DNA of 63,073 nt, filler included, from Choristocarpus tenellus KU-1152 (lineage: Eukaryota; Protista; Phaeophyceae), in the NCBI GenBank assembly GCA_964200185.2. It is 14 parts of 14 records of this genome, joined end to end, with 100 filler letters (N's around TTAATTAATTAA, not from the genome) between each part and the next. Parts side by side here need not be neighbours in the genome. Positions count along the whole stretch, not along the records: positions 25,356 to 31,253 come from CAXNAD020009474.1; positions 31,354 to 34,222 come from CAXNAD020024070.1; positions 34,323 to 39,361 come from CAXNAD020012083.1; 11 more parts are not named here. The stretch is one strand, 5' to 3'. How positions within the stretch are numbered: the stretch's first letter is position 1; the number at the start of each line of letters is the position of its first letter. The translations under genes were made by a program, and so were the position numbers. Below the pieces are notes generated by a model. It was not told the origin of the DNA. It saw only the letters and a list, made by a program, of their open reading frames with translations, and made no database searches. This document shows positions 25,621-36,579 of this stretch, piece by piece.

Positions 25621-27407
25621 GGATGAGACATGTCTGTTGAAACACTAGTAAACCCCTGAGCTACAGAGCAGATACTAAGGACTTCTCCGCAAGTATCATA
25701 TGTAGCTGTTATATGGAATATTCTACTCCCCAGTTGTGTAAATAGAGGTCTTCAGTGTAGTTTGCTCTACCACAATCGATTGAGTTGAATTGTCTGTGCC
25801 AAAATTGAGGTTGAAGGGAGACTTTACACTAGGCGAAATGCTTTCTATTGACTGAACATTCGACGAATAATGATAGACTTGTCATGTTGGAAGCTCTGTG
25901 GTTGCTATCCTTCGATATTCTCTCCCTTATCGACGTGCTCCTTCTTTTCTTCGTACCTTGACTCAGCTCTGTATAGGCTTATTTGTCGTGTTTGTTTTGT
26001 ATAATTCAGTAAACTTGAATCAAACTGTATAAAATAAATAAATAAAATACGTTTCACATTGTATCCCCAATGAAAAAGCGGCCCACCCTCCCTTCACTTC
26101 ACCCACTCCTATTTCCTCCATTACCCCTTCTGGAGTACCTAGTCCATCCAGACTTCTCTCTGCCCACCATACCAGTGCCATCACACTAAGTAGTGTGCAC
26201 TCGTCACACAAGCATCATACCCTCCAACAACATTTATTCGGGCAATTTCCAACAACTGAGATAGTTTCTTGTGAAGTTAGATATTCAAAACCATCACACA
26301 TGTGCTTGTCGGTACTGAAACATTGCGAAGAGTACACAATAGATGATAGTTTTAGTCGTGGTGGATGTATTTCACTGCGAAAACACGCTGGCTTTACGGC
26401 AAAAATAGGTAAAAGATATTACAACTCTTCGTGTATGTCGACCATTTGTTTTTGAATACATTTCGAAGAATTGATCATTACATATATATATATATTACAG
26501 AAAACAGTTTATTCGAAGTACAAACTTCTACTCCATAGTTATTAAATTGAAGTGTATATTATATACATGAGAGTGCTTAACTATACATCAATCCCTACAC
26601 CTGGAATACACCACACACCAGAGTATGTGCACACATATTCACGTGTATAGAGAGAGAAAAGATGGGGGGAGGACTGGTGGTTTGTTGAATGTAGTCGAGC
26701 TGAATCTTTACCGAGGGTCTGCTAATTAATATAGGGCTGTTATAATAGCAATATGATGGAATTTCATGCCTACTCAAATCTCAATTTAGGCATCTTTTCT
26801 CTTCCCTCAAATAGCACATTCTGATATGATCTCAAGTGACTTTTACGTACCCAGCACACCTAGGATCGGTGAGTTTTCCCTACGCCTGTTGTGCTCCTCT
26901 AAATTTCCTCTTTATTCGCCTTTCTTTCTTTGTCAACGGAAAAATAGTTTAAAGAATGCCGTTGTCCTTGGGTGCAGTTTCCAAATCACCTACCTCCAGA
27001 TACCTTGTGAATTAGCAATGAAATGTAAGAATCCGAAGAATGATTCCTGAATTCTATGATACAATATTGATACAACTTGAATCAAGAGTAGACAATAATT
27101 CAGATGAAGAGAGGTCAACCCCAAATTCTTCAAGCCCGCTCTGATAAATTGTATAGGTTGGCTTGGTTGTGGTCCTTGACCTACAGAAGATATTGTATTT
27201 ACAAAGTGACTCTGGCTGGTACCTTACCTCTGGACTGACGCCTACTATCTAACTGTGTAACGAATAGGTCCATGAAACTTTACTGAAGTGCTAGGCAATG
27301 TTCAGATTCCAGTTATTGCTACTCCGGAGGAACTATTATTACCCTCCATCATATATCCTTGGGTATTCAGCTTGGTATATGAGCATAGTCGCATTGGTCT
27401 CTCTCCT

Positions 27408-27632
27408 GAATGAAATTATCTTAGAGGGTATGAGTTTTGCCCTGTTTGTCCGTTTGGGGCTTGGCTTCCCACTTTTTTTTAATGACATTTTGGAGTAGGT
27501 AAAATGTATACTTTATGAAAGGTTGTATCCAGAAGAAGGATGTTGACACTTCCTAACAAACATAAAAGCCGAAATTACACAAAAATTGCAACATTGGATT
27601 TTGGCCCCCAACCCTCTAAGATACTTTGACTC
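27408..27632 (-). mobile_element. MITE family A, internally deleted, 82 bp upstream of the GT2 exon acceptor
   Basis: gaatgaaattatcttagagggta / accctctaagatactttgactc; perfect TSD tcct. Confidence 0.92.
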
Positions 27633-27714
27633 TCCTGGTAGAAAGTGATCTTGGGTGTGTAGACCATACTACATACCCCTCACCACCCCTCTACTTTGTC
27701 TTGTTTCCCTACAG

Positions 27715-28503
27715 ATTAATCGCAACAACTTTGAGGCGGCCATTTGTGTGGGTACATGCGCAGTATATCGTCGGGAGGCCTTGGAACCATTTGGGGGCAC
27801 AGCCGCCATTGAGTACTCGGAAGATGTCCATACAGGATTCAACTGCACCCAACTGGGTTTCATGGTGCGGTATGTGCCAGTGATATTGTCAATGGGTACT
27901 TGCCCGAACGAGCCAAGGGCATTTTTTGCGCAACAATATCGTTGGTGTATGGGGAGCACTACCATGTTCTGTTCTGGCGACTTTTGGCAATCCCACTTGT
28001 CAATAATGCAGAAACAGTGCTACCTATCAGGCATGTTCTACTATTTTGCAACTGCTATTGGCATTTTTGCAGGACCACTCCCCGGATTGCTCTTGATTTG
28101 GTTTAAGCCAAGGTTAGTATTCTGGTTCAACATATCATTTGCTGTTCCGTCCATCTTGTTTTCAATAGTTGGCATGAGCATGTGGGCGAAACAGGAGTAT
28201 GGGGCTGCCTGCCTCAGAATTAAAGTTCTTCAAAATTATGCTCACCTTTTTGCCATAAAGGACCAATTGACAGGCGACAAAATGCCTTGGATACCCACAG
28301 GGGGCGGTGCAGACTTGCGTTCCTCGTCCTCCTCTTCGTTTGACACAGCCATGACTCTAATGGTGAGCTGGGTTACACTTTACAGTTTTTTGGTTGTTGC
28401 TGGTGTTGTGTGGCGCATCAAGGAGTATCCTTGGTACCATTTCATGCCCACTCTAGCTCTTGCCATTGGGAACTATTTTTTACACATCAGTGTGTTAATG
28501 TAG
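27715..28503 (+). CDS. Cellulose synthase-like GT2 glycosyltransferase, terminal exon
   Basis: Pyrimidine tract and cag| then INRNNFEAAICVGTCAVYRREAL...SEDVHTG...QQYRW (third D and QxxRW of processive GT2), followed by about 4 hydrophobic segments and a TAG stop. Upstream exons were not found. Confidence 0.92.
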   Translation: MNRNNFEAAICVGTCAVYRREALEPFGGTAAIEYSEDVHTGFNCTQLGFMVRYVPVILSMGTCPNEPRAFFAQQYRWCMGSTTMFCSGDFWQSHLSIMQKQCYLSGMFYYFATAIGIFAGPLPGLLLIWFKPRLVFWFNISFAVPSILFSIVGMSMWAKQEYGAACLRIKVLQNYAHLFAIKDQLTGDKMPWIPTGGGADLRSSSSSSFDTAMTLMVSWVTLYSFLVVAGVVWRIKEYPWYHFMPTLALAIGNYFLHISVLM

Positions 28504-29161
28504 ATTGGATACGGTTTTGGGGTAGTACTGTTTTCAACCCCGCCGTCAGAATTCTCCTGGAGTGATATCTCCCACACTGAGTTTTTGCATCAATACTTGT
28601 ATGCAAGGAAGCATGCAGCGTCCTGATTTTTTGTCAAATACAACTTTGTGTAAGTAAAAGGGGTGTTCACAACCTTTCTTTGAGTTCTTGGGCAGAACGT
28701 TTTGTTGGTGATTGTGTGGAACCATCAAATCTGCTGTACTTTTTGAGCCTAAGTATCCTATATGGGGGCGTTTTCCCATCTTGTTGATAAGGAGCTTACA
28801 ACTGTGATCCTTGACGCCTCAATTTCATGGCCCAGATTCAGGTAACCCCCGTTAGGATTCAGTGGATATAGAGGAAAGGACCCCGTGGAATATTTGTTTT
28901 TTCATTTTATTGGAAATTATTGGGAGGGGAAGATGTGAAAAAAAAGCCAAGCAAGCGGTTTAGAGTACATACATGTCATGGTTGGCGATGTATTTGTGTA
29001 AACATCCAAACAGCGTGGAAATACAGTAGATTGGCAAATCCTATGTGGAGTGTGCGTGTGAAATACACTGATGACAAGAGTTGTGAAACATGTACTGGAA
29101 AAACCTCCACCTGGATATTTTATGAGGTGTGAAGTCAAGCATTAAAATTGGCCAAAATGGT

Positions 29162-29420
29162 GAATCAAACTATCTTAGAAGGTAGAGCCGTGTCCATTTG
29201 GGGGCCAACATCCAATGTTGTGATTTTTATGTAATTTTGGCTATCGTGTTTGTTAGGAAGTGTGAATATCGATGTTCTGGACACACCTTTTCGTAACATA
29301 CACATTTTATCTACTCCAAAACACTTCAGAGAAGGGAAATGTCATAATAAAACCCATGGGAAGCCAAGCCTCAAATGGACAAACAGGGCAAAACTAGTAC
29401 CCTCTAAGATACTTTCACTC
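29162..29420 (+). mobile_element. MITE family A, full length
   Basis: gaatcaaactatcttagaaggta / taccctctaagatactttcactc; perfect TSD tggt. Confidence 0.93.
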
Positions 29421-31099
29421 TGGTGTACGAACTGTACATGTTCCTTCACCAGTCAGGGTTCATTCTACTCCTGTCTCCACACTCTCCTCTTTTCCTCTTC
29501 ATCTGACCTTGCCCTCTCCAGCTTCTGTAGCTTGTTTTTGTGGAATCTATGGATTCCTTGAGCCCACCGAACCATCCTCAGATCATGACCATGATGATAG
29601 GAGAATGTCATAATTATGAAAATAGAAGGATGGATCCGTGGATAAGAGCTGTATACACTCTGCAGTACATGCCCTTTGATCAAGAGCTAGAGATTAAACA
29701 AGATGCGCAACGAGATAACTAAAAGAAGAGCATGGAAACAGAGAAGCACTGAAATTGACCATCTCTTCCTGACGGTCAGAACCAATCGTGCCACAAGACA
29801 CTATCCCTTGTCACGTGAAATGGGATAAATGACGAGACTCTGAACGTTGAACTCGTTTCACAAAACTGCAACATCGACCAGGGAGCACCTGTGAGCAGCT
29901 TGTTCTGGACAAGACGAATAACCTGTTTAGCAAGGCAGGAGATATTTTACTCATTTTTTCTCGTGTGCAGCATTTCTTTTTGTTTACTGTTTTTGAAAAT
30001 ATGTATTGCCTCGATATAGATAGGCCGGCTCAGAAGGTGTTGCAAACTGAGCTCAATCGAGTCCTCAATACCTACTTTGGGTGTTGATGACGGAAGATGC
30101 GCAATTTTATGAGATGAATATTAGCCACAATTTTACTAGGACCTCTTACATTGATTTTTTTCAGTTCTAATAGTCAAATCTAGACTGGCGAGAGTTCGGT
30201 GCTATTTCGTCATCTACTACTGAACTAACAAAAAAGACAACAATACCATGCACCCAAACAATCCAACATAACTTTTACAACATGTACAAGGTGATATTGG
30301 CGATATTTAAACTGCTATATTGGACTTGCTCCCTGTAATATACCCCCTTCCGTAAAACCCTTACAACTACTTCCACGGTACCAAACATGCAACTGGATTG
30401 GGAAAGAAAACATCTTTCCCTACCATCAAACGACTGCAACAGAGTCAAATCAATGTCATTGACTGATCTAATATATAAATGGGCATTGTTGGGCGGTTCA
30501 AAGGAAAAAACTTGAACAAAAATAGTCCCTTCTATAACGTTGCCCTGAATAGCTAGTATTCAAATAGTAAATATATGAGAATTTCTTCATCTACAACTAT
30601 TATTCTTCCAGTGGTCTTTGTGATTTTGTTTTTTTTTCTCTGACACATCCCCAAACTGTCAAGAGGGCATAATAATATGAATGTATACTACTTGACATTG
30701 ACTTCGAAAACCCTTGTTTGGAGGCGTTCATATAATATGTACACATTCACGAGACAAGAAAATAAATGAGGGGGATCAAACATTGTTATATAGATAATTG
30801 TATCTGACAGACACATTAATCTTGGTGCGCTGTAATTAAAGCCTACCATAGAACCTACTTGTAAGGCTCTCTACTGACACAGTATAGAGAAGGTGTTGCA
30901 CTTCCACACAAGGCTTAAAAACTACGCTGTAACAAGTCACACAATACTCAATTTTGTGCACTACAGGTCGAGAACAGTGGAAATGACAATGAAGAGAACC
31001 ACCAAAAAACCTGAGCCGGGAGGTGAGGAGAAGGTTGAAGAAGGATCAAAACTGACACAGTGAACGAATCGAAATGCGCTTAGATTAAAATCTTTCCCT

Positions 31100-31200
31100 T
31101 ATACCAGAAACAGCCTCTCAGCAAAATTGAGGATGTGGAGCATACCATGGAAGATGGGCTTGACCCAAAATGGTGCGCGGAAAGTGCCCATATGTTTTTT
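31100..31200 (+). repeat. Interspersed repeat family E (also 34330-34392 on minus, 45380-45430 on plus)
   Basis: Shared caaaa(a)ttgaggatg...gatgggcttgacccaaaat; all three copies lie near contig ends. Confidence 0.7.
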
Positions 31201-31720
31201 TTGTAAATGTTGCGGCACTTTTTAAGGGCCCCTTTTTGAATGGGAATCCATGCNNNNNNNNNNNNNNNNNNNNNNNNNNNNNNNNNNNNNNNNNNNNTTA
31301 ATTAATTAANNNNNNNNNNNNNNNNNNNNNNNNNNNNNNNNNNNNNNNNNNNNCTTCGTCACTGCTTGCCAGCCATCCTTTCAACCCACACAAGTTACCA
31401 CTCCCCTCAACCCCACAGCAGTTCTCACACCACTCAACACCACTCCACAATCATCCAAGAACACCCCTTCATGATCCACTCCAAACCGTGCCTTTGAGCT
31501 ATAAGACATCTACTCCACCAGAACTTGACCTCCCCCTCCCCTCCCCTTCGGGGTTGATTTCTTCTAGCTCATGCCGTTACCTCCTGCCCTGGTTGTACCC
31601 AATCCTTCCTACTCTCTGCCAGGCCCTTTGACACCAACACTGGCTCCCTCTGGTTATCCCTTACATATACCATCGGTCTCTTCCTGGCGACCCACCCCGG
31701 GGAGGGGTAGGCCTGTGTCT

Positions 31721-33378
31721 TCATGGGTCTTTCTTTTTAGACTTGACATCGGTCTGGTATTCCTTCTCCTTCTCTTCTTCACCTTCTTTGAAATGGTCGT
31801 ATCTGCAAAAACCATTTCTTTTCAAGAAGTCACACTCCTGTCCTGCCTTCCACGCAAAACACGGGTTGTAGGTCCTTCCCCCCCCTTTTGAGACTCCTGC
31901 TCTATTTCTGTCTTCACAGCTCTGGGAGATTTTGAAGCCCTTGTCTCCCCCCATGTCCCCGCCCTCTTCATGGAACGGGAGCGGGACTCAGTGCTATATA
32001 GTGCCGGCAGCATGTTCTTTGCCGGAACCAGTGTCGTTTCCAGACATGTGAAGCGCGGGCTCAGCGGGAGTGGTATCCACATGTCACGGGGAGGCGGTGC
32101 ATTAAATTTGTTCCCTATGATCTCTGCTGCTGCAGCTATCTTTTTTTCCCAACACTGTAGATCCTCTCCCCCACTGCTCCAAAAATCAGTTCAACAATCA
32201 TGGGACTCTCTAGTAACGTGGGTTTGTTGGTACCATAAAACATTCGTACCTTACACCTCGCCTCTTCCAAGTCCTCAATTACCTTTGAGTGACAGTATCT
32301 TAGAGGGTACGAATTTTGTCCTGTTTTATCCATGTGGGGCTTGGCTTCCCTTGGGTTTTTATTGACATTTTACCTACTCCGAAATGGTTCAGAGTAGGTA
32401 AGAAGTGTATGTTATGAAAAGGAGTGTTCAGACAAGGATATTGACATCTCCTAAGAAACGTGATAGTCAAAATTACATCAAAATTGCAACATTGGATTTT
32501 GGTCCCCAAATGGACGCGACTGTACCCTCTAAGATACTTTGACTCCTTTGCTGTCCTCCTCTGTCCTGGATTCCAACTGTCTCCATACCTGCATAGTCTC
32601 ACAATTGCTGCCACGAAACAGTTGAAATTATCGGGCAATTCGTAGTCCCCCTTGCATGTTTTTCTCCCCAGCTCCCCCCTTGGTATGTAGTCCTTAATTG
32701 TAAAGGCTGCCAGGTGTTCCATCTGCTTTGCCACCTCCTCCATCACGTCTGTTGTTCTTCTACGATTTGTTGTAGCTCGTACTGCGTCGATCTCGAGTTC
32801 CCCGTTATTATGAATAATGTGATGGATCCAAGGAGGACAAAACATTTTCTCACTTCGACCCTATTCCATGCCTGGATCATCGAATTCTCCTTTATTCTGT
32901 GTGCCATTGTTGTCGATGATATCGAGTTTCTTTCCACCGTCTCACCTGCTCCCCTTCCAATCCCTCTGTCCCTCCCCCCCCCTTTCTGGTTTTCGCGTTC
33001 GGCATAGCTCTTGTAATATCTCCATCATCATGTCCATCCTTTCTGTTAGCTTTGATATTTCGTTGTTCTGGTCCAGGACTTGACTGGGCTCAGCTTCAAT
33101 CCTGTTCTCTCTCTCGTCTTCTTCGTCTTCTTCTCCTTTTCTCTCTTCCTCCCCCCCTTTGAAGAATCCCATCTCTCGTTGTGCCCTCTCGATCTGCGAT
33201 TGCATCCTCTGCACCGCCCTTGTTCCCATCTCCTCTTCGTTTTCCCTCCATCCCTTCTCTTCTTCCCACCCTTCCATTGTTTCCTTCCCGTCCTTCCCCC
33301 CTTTTTTTCGTCATTTTCCATCAAATCTTCCCATCTTGTCTTGTTCCTTTCATTGTTGTCCTCTCTCCTATCCACCAT
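31721..33378 (-). mobile_element. Decayed gag/ORF1-like reading frame ending in a CCCH zinc finger (DIRS/Ngaro-like?)
   Basis: Intronless, charged and coiled-coil-like N-terminus, several frameshifts, C-terminal CFAWKAGQECDFLKRNGFCRYDH. MITE removal joins RRTAK|VIEDLEE in frame. Confidence 0.5.
32287..32545 (-). mobile_element. MITE family A, full length
   Basis: gagtgacagtatcttagagggta / taccctctaagatactttgactc; perfect TSD cttt. Confidence 0.95.
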
Positions 33379-36300
33379 CTTTTGTTAATCGGACGGGAAG
33401 CTTGCTCGGAGGTTGCCTTGGTCTCCCCTCCTCGTCTTGTACCCCTGGTTTTCTTTCCTTTTATCACTGACTGGCTGCTGTTCTTCCCCTTATCTACCAC
33501 TCATTTCCATTAAACTTTTCTTCCCTTCCTTGACTATTCATTCTCTTCCTGCTTCCTTCTTTTTTTTTTCCCTACCCACGCTTGTCCTGTCCCCCCAGCC
33601 AACCAGAATTCTTCCGCCCATAAAACTCAGATTACTTTATAAACTCTCACTTTCGTAGTGGATTTTCTTGTTGCTGTTAGACAAGATACCATAATGTATT
33701 TCATTTTGTGCACTCTAGTCTACTATAATGGATGTATTTTGGGGGGATCTGGTGATCACTACAGATAGATTGGGTTCTATTTGACTTTTTCGAGGAAATA
33801 TTAGGGAGTAGAGATTATTTCTTGAAGTAGATACAACAAGAGTATGATAGGAATGCTCTATTGACAACTGATTGAACCCTTCACCTTCCATGTTTGTAGA
33901 GTTAAGAATTAATAATAGGTAAATATTATTTCCGTAAACCAGGTACACGGATAACAACATTATTATTGGGAGTGCTCTATAGAGATGCAGTCGAACAGTG
34001 CGAAGGTCCCTGTAACAATGGAACTTCCAGACTTCGATGCAGATGGATATTGGTCGCGACGAAGACAAGTCTTTATCTCTATACAACTACCCTCTAACAA
34101 CGGTACGAGAAATTCTATACATGCCGCCGTCAGCAGTTTTTTCCTAGTCACGCTGTAAATAACAGGGGATCCTCAAAATTGGGGATGGCCCCGGACTATG
34201 GGTATGGTTGTTTTGCGAAAACNNNNNNNNNNNNNNNNNNNNNNNNNNNNNNNNNNNNNNNNNNNNTTAATTAATTAANNNNNNNNNNNNNNNNNNNNNN
34301 NNNNNNNNNNNNNNNNNNNNNNAAACATATCCACACTTTATCCCAGTCAATTTTGGGTCAAGCCCATCCTCAATTTTTGAAATCGGCTGTTAATGGGGTA
34401 AAACAAAATTTAATAAATATTAAAACTCCTCTACTTCCTTCCAAGACCCTCTCGTAATACACCAAGGTCACACCGTATCAAACGGGTGGGATGGCTGTCC
34501 TTTGAGATCAAAATAACTTGTGTGGAATGAGGTGGTGAGAATACAATTCCGTTAAGGTTGAAGTTGAAGGATTGTTGTTTTGGTTTTGAATCAAAAGTGG
34601 ATGGTGAGTTACACATAAATTTATATAGGAATGGACTAGTCATATTGTGAAGTAATATAGTGGGTCTGTTCGGTTGAATGTTTGGGGAAGGTGTGGTTCA
34701 ACGATTTGATCAAACAAGGTATGTTGCATTGTCTAAGTCGTCTAAGTTGTGCTGCAAACTTCGTCCTTGTAGGTGTTGTTGACGCAGGATCATTGAATTC
34801 GATTATCCTCTGTAGCTAGCTGTAGAATGTGTAGGTTGATTGCATTAAACCTGAAAACGCACTCCAGAAGTCTTTCATTCAAGACGTTGATAATTTGTTC
34901 AACTGATGATGTGCGACCAGAGGAGATCTTGGTCTCAAGAAAAGTTGTTGCCGACAGTAGGGGAGGATACTAACCCAAAGTAAATGCACCCTGGCAGCCA
35001 CCATATTCACTGTTAGCACTAAAACGCTATGACTCCATCACATTCAGAAAAGAGGTTCCCAAAGGTGGAAGCGAGAGTGAATGAGCTAAATCTAACCCCT
35101 AATCCCCTGCCCTAGAACCATCAAAAGGCATTGTGTGTTGTTATTGGGTGAAAGGAAAGGGAAATATTAATTTTTGGGAATCAAACAAAAGCTGCGTTTA
35201 CAACGAACTTCCAACCTCTCCAAATGGACTTGAGACTGTATGTAATGGTCTATGTGGGTGCATGGGGATGAAGACTTTCCTTTCATCGGACCTTCCGATC
35301 CGTAGAGAACTCTTATAGTGTGAGCTACGCGATCCGGACTCTACTCAACGCAGTCAGAGGAACCCAGGTGGGAGTGTGGTCTTCTCTCCAGTTGTGTCCT
35401 TGACAACTGCACCTCATTTCGAGATCACTTTGTTTCCCTTTGCCAACAGACTACTCGCGCTCAGACGAGCATGATGTGACAATTCTGTCGATCATCCTGT
35501 ATTACTCCTGTGTCTCACTTGCAACAACCCTAATGGACTACGCCTGGCCTTGTATGACCAGAGTGTGGTTCTACGGGGCGAAATGCTGTGTGTGTGTAAC
35601 AGGAGGGAGCTGCTCAGGGGGGGGGGGGAAGAGGAGAAGCTCTGCAAGGTAGTAGCCATTGTCATCCAACAGTCCCAGGAAGAAAGGGGCAGTGTGGTGG
35701 GGTGCGTGGGTAACCTTTTAGGGGTTGTGGTAAGAAAGAGAACATCCAACGCCAAGGAGATACAATACTCGAGCAGCACAACGAGGAAAACTACAGGGTG
35801 AGGCCGGGTGGTCTTGTGCTTGGGGGAAAAGAAGACGACAACTTCCACCACGTAGCTGTCACGGTGCTTCGGCACCACCAGGTTGAAAGACAAGTGGGGG
35901 GGGCTGTCTGAGTAGAAGGGGTGGACTGTTCTAGGGGGAGTCTGTGCATGTTTATACAAAATCTGATGATCGAGTTCAACGTAAATGTGTTGGTGTGGGT
36001 TCTGTGTGTAGCTTTGACCTTCAAAGTGACTAACAGGGAATGTCTTAACTAATGATGTGGGCATCGCATGCCAGGACTTTGCCAAGCAACATAAAATCAA
36101 ATCGCCTTCTGGTCCGACCATCCTGTCCATCACGTTTAATCTCTACTCCAGAGTAGATTGTTTGCTTCAGATAGAAGGGAAGGATTGTATGTCTGACGGC
36201 GGTTCCAAATATCCACTCTCTACTATTTCATAATAATACATTTGCCTCACTTTAGTCTGGGACTTGGAACCACTCTCTCCACCCTACCTAGCTCTCACCT

Positions 36301-36395
36301 GTGATCAGAGGCACTACACACTGCATCGTTTGTTGCACTATTTGTATCACTAATTTCATTGCTATAAGTGTGCCCTGATTTTTCCTTGCGCGTTA

Positions 36396-36579
36396 GACCC
36401 AAAGTATCTTGGGGGGGGGGGGGGAGGTCTACACCAGAGTGTCCATTTGGACCAAACCAGGAAAAATGCACTTTAATTATCCATCCAATGTATGGAACCA
36501 AATCACCCAACAATCGCGATGTGAAAAAATTGGTCCCAAATGGACAGCCGTCACCCTCCCCCCCCAGATACTTTGACCC
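36396..36579 (+). mobile_element. MITE family B, full length
   Basis: gacccaaagtatctt-polyG ... polyC-agatactttgaccc; TSD gtta/atta. Confidence 0.92.

Noticed and set aside
12373-28503. XRN1, RPB1, RT and GT2 as a gene cluster or giant-virus segment
   Set aside because: They are on different contigs separated by artificial linkers, and XRN1 and RPB1 have ordinary spliceosomal introns.
35492-36133. 213-aa minus-strand ORF
   Set aside because: No recognisable motif or splice context, so it cannot be supported as a gene.
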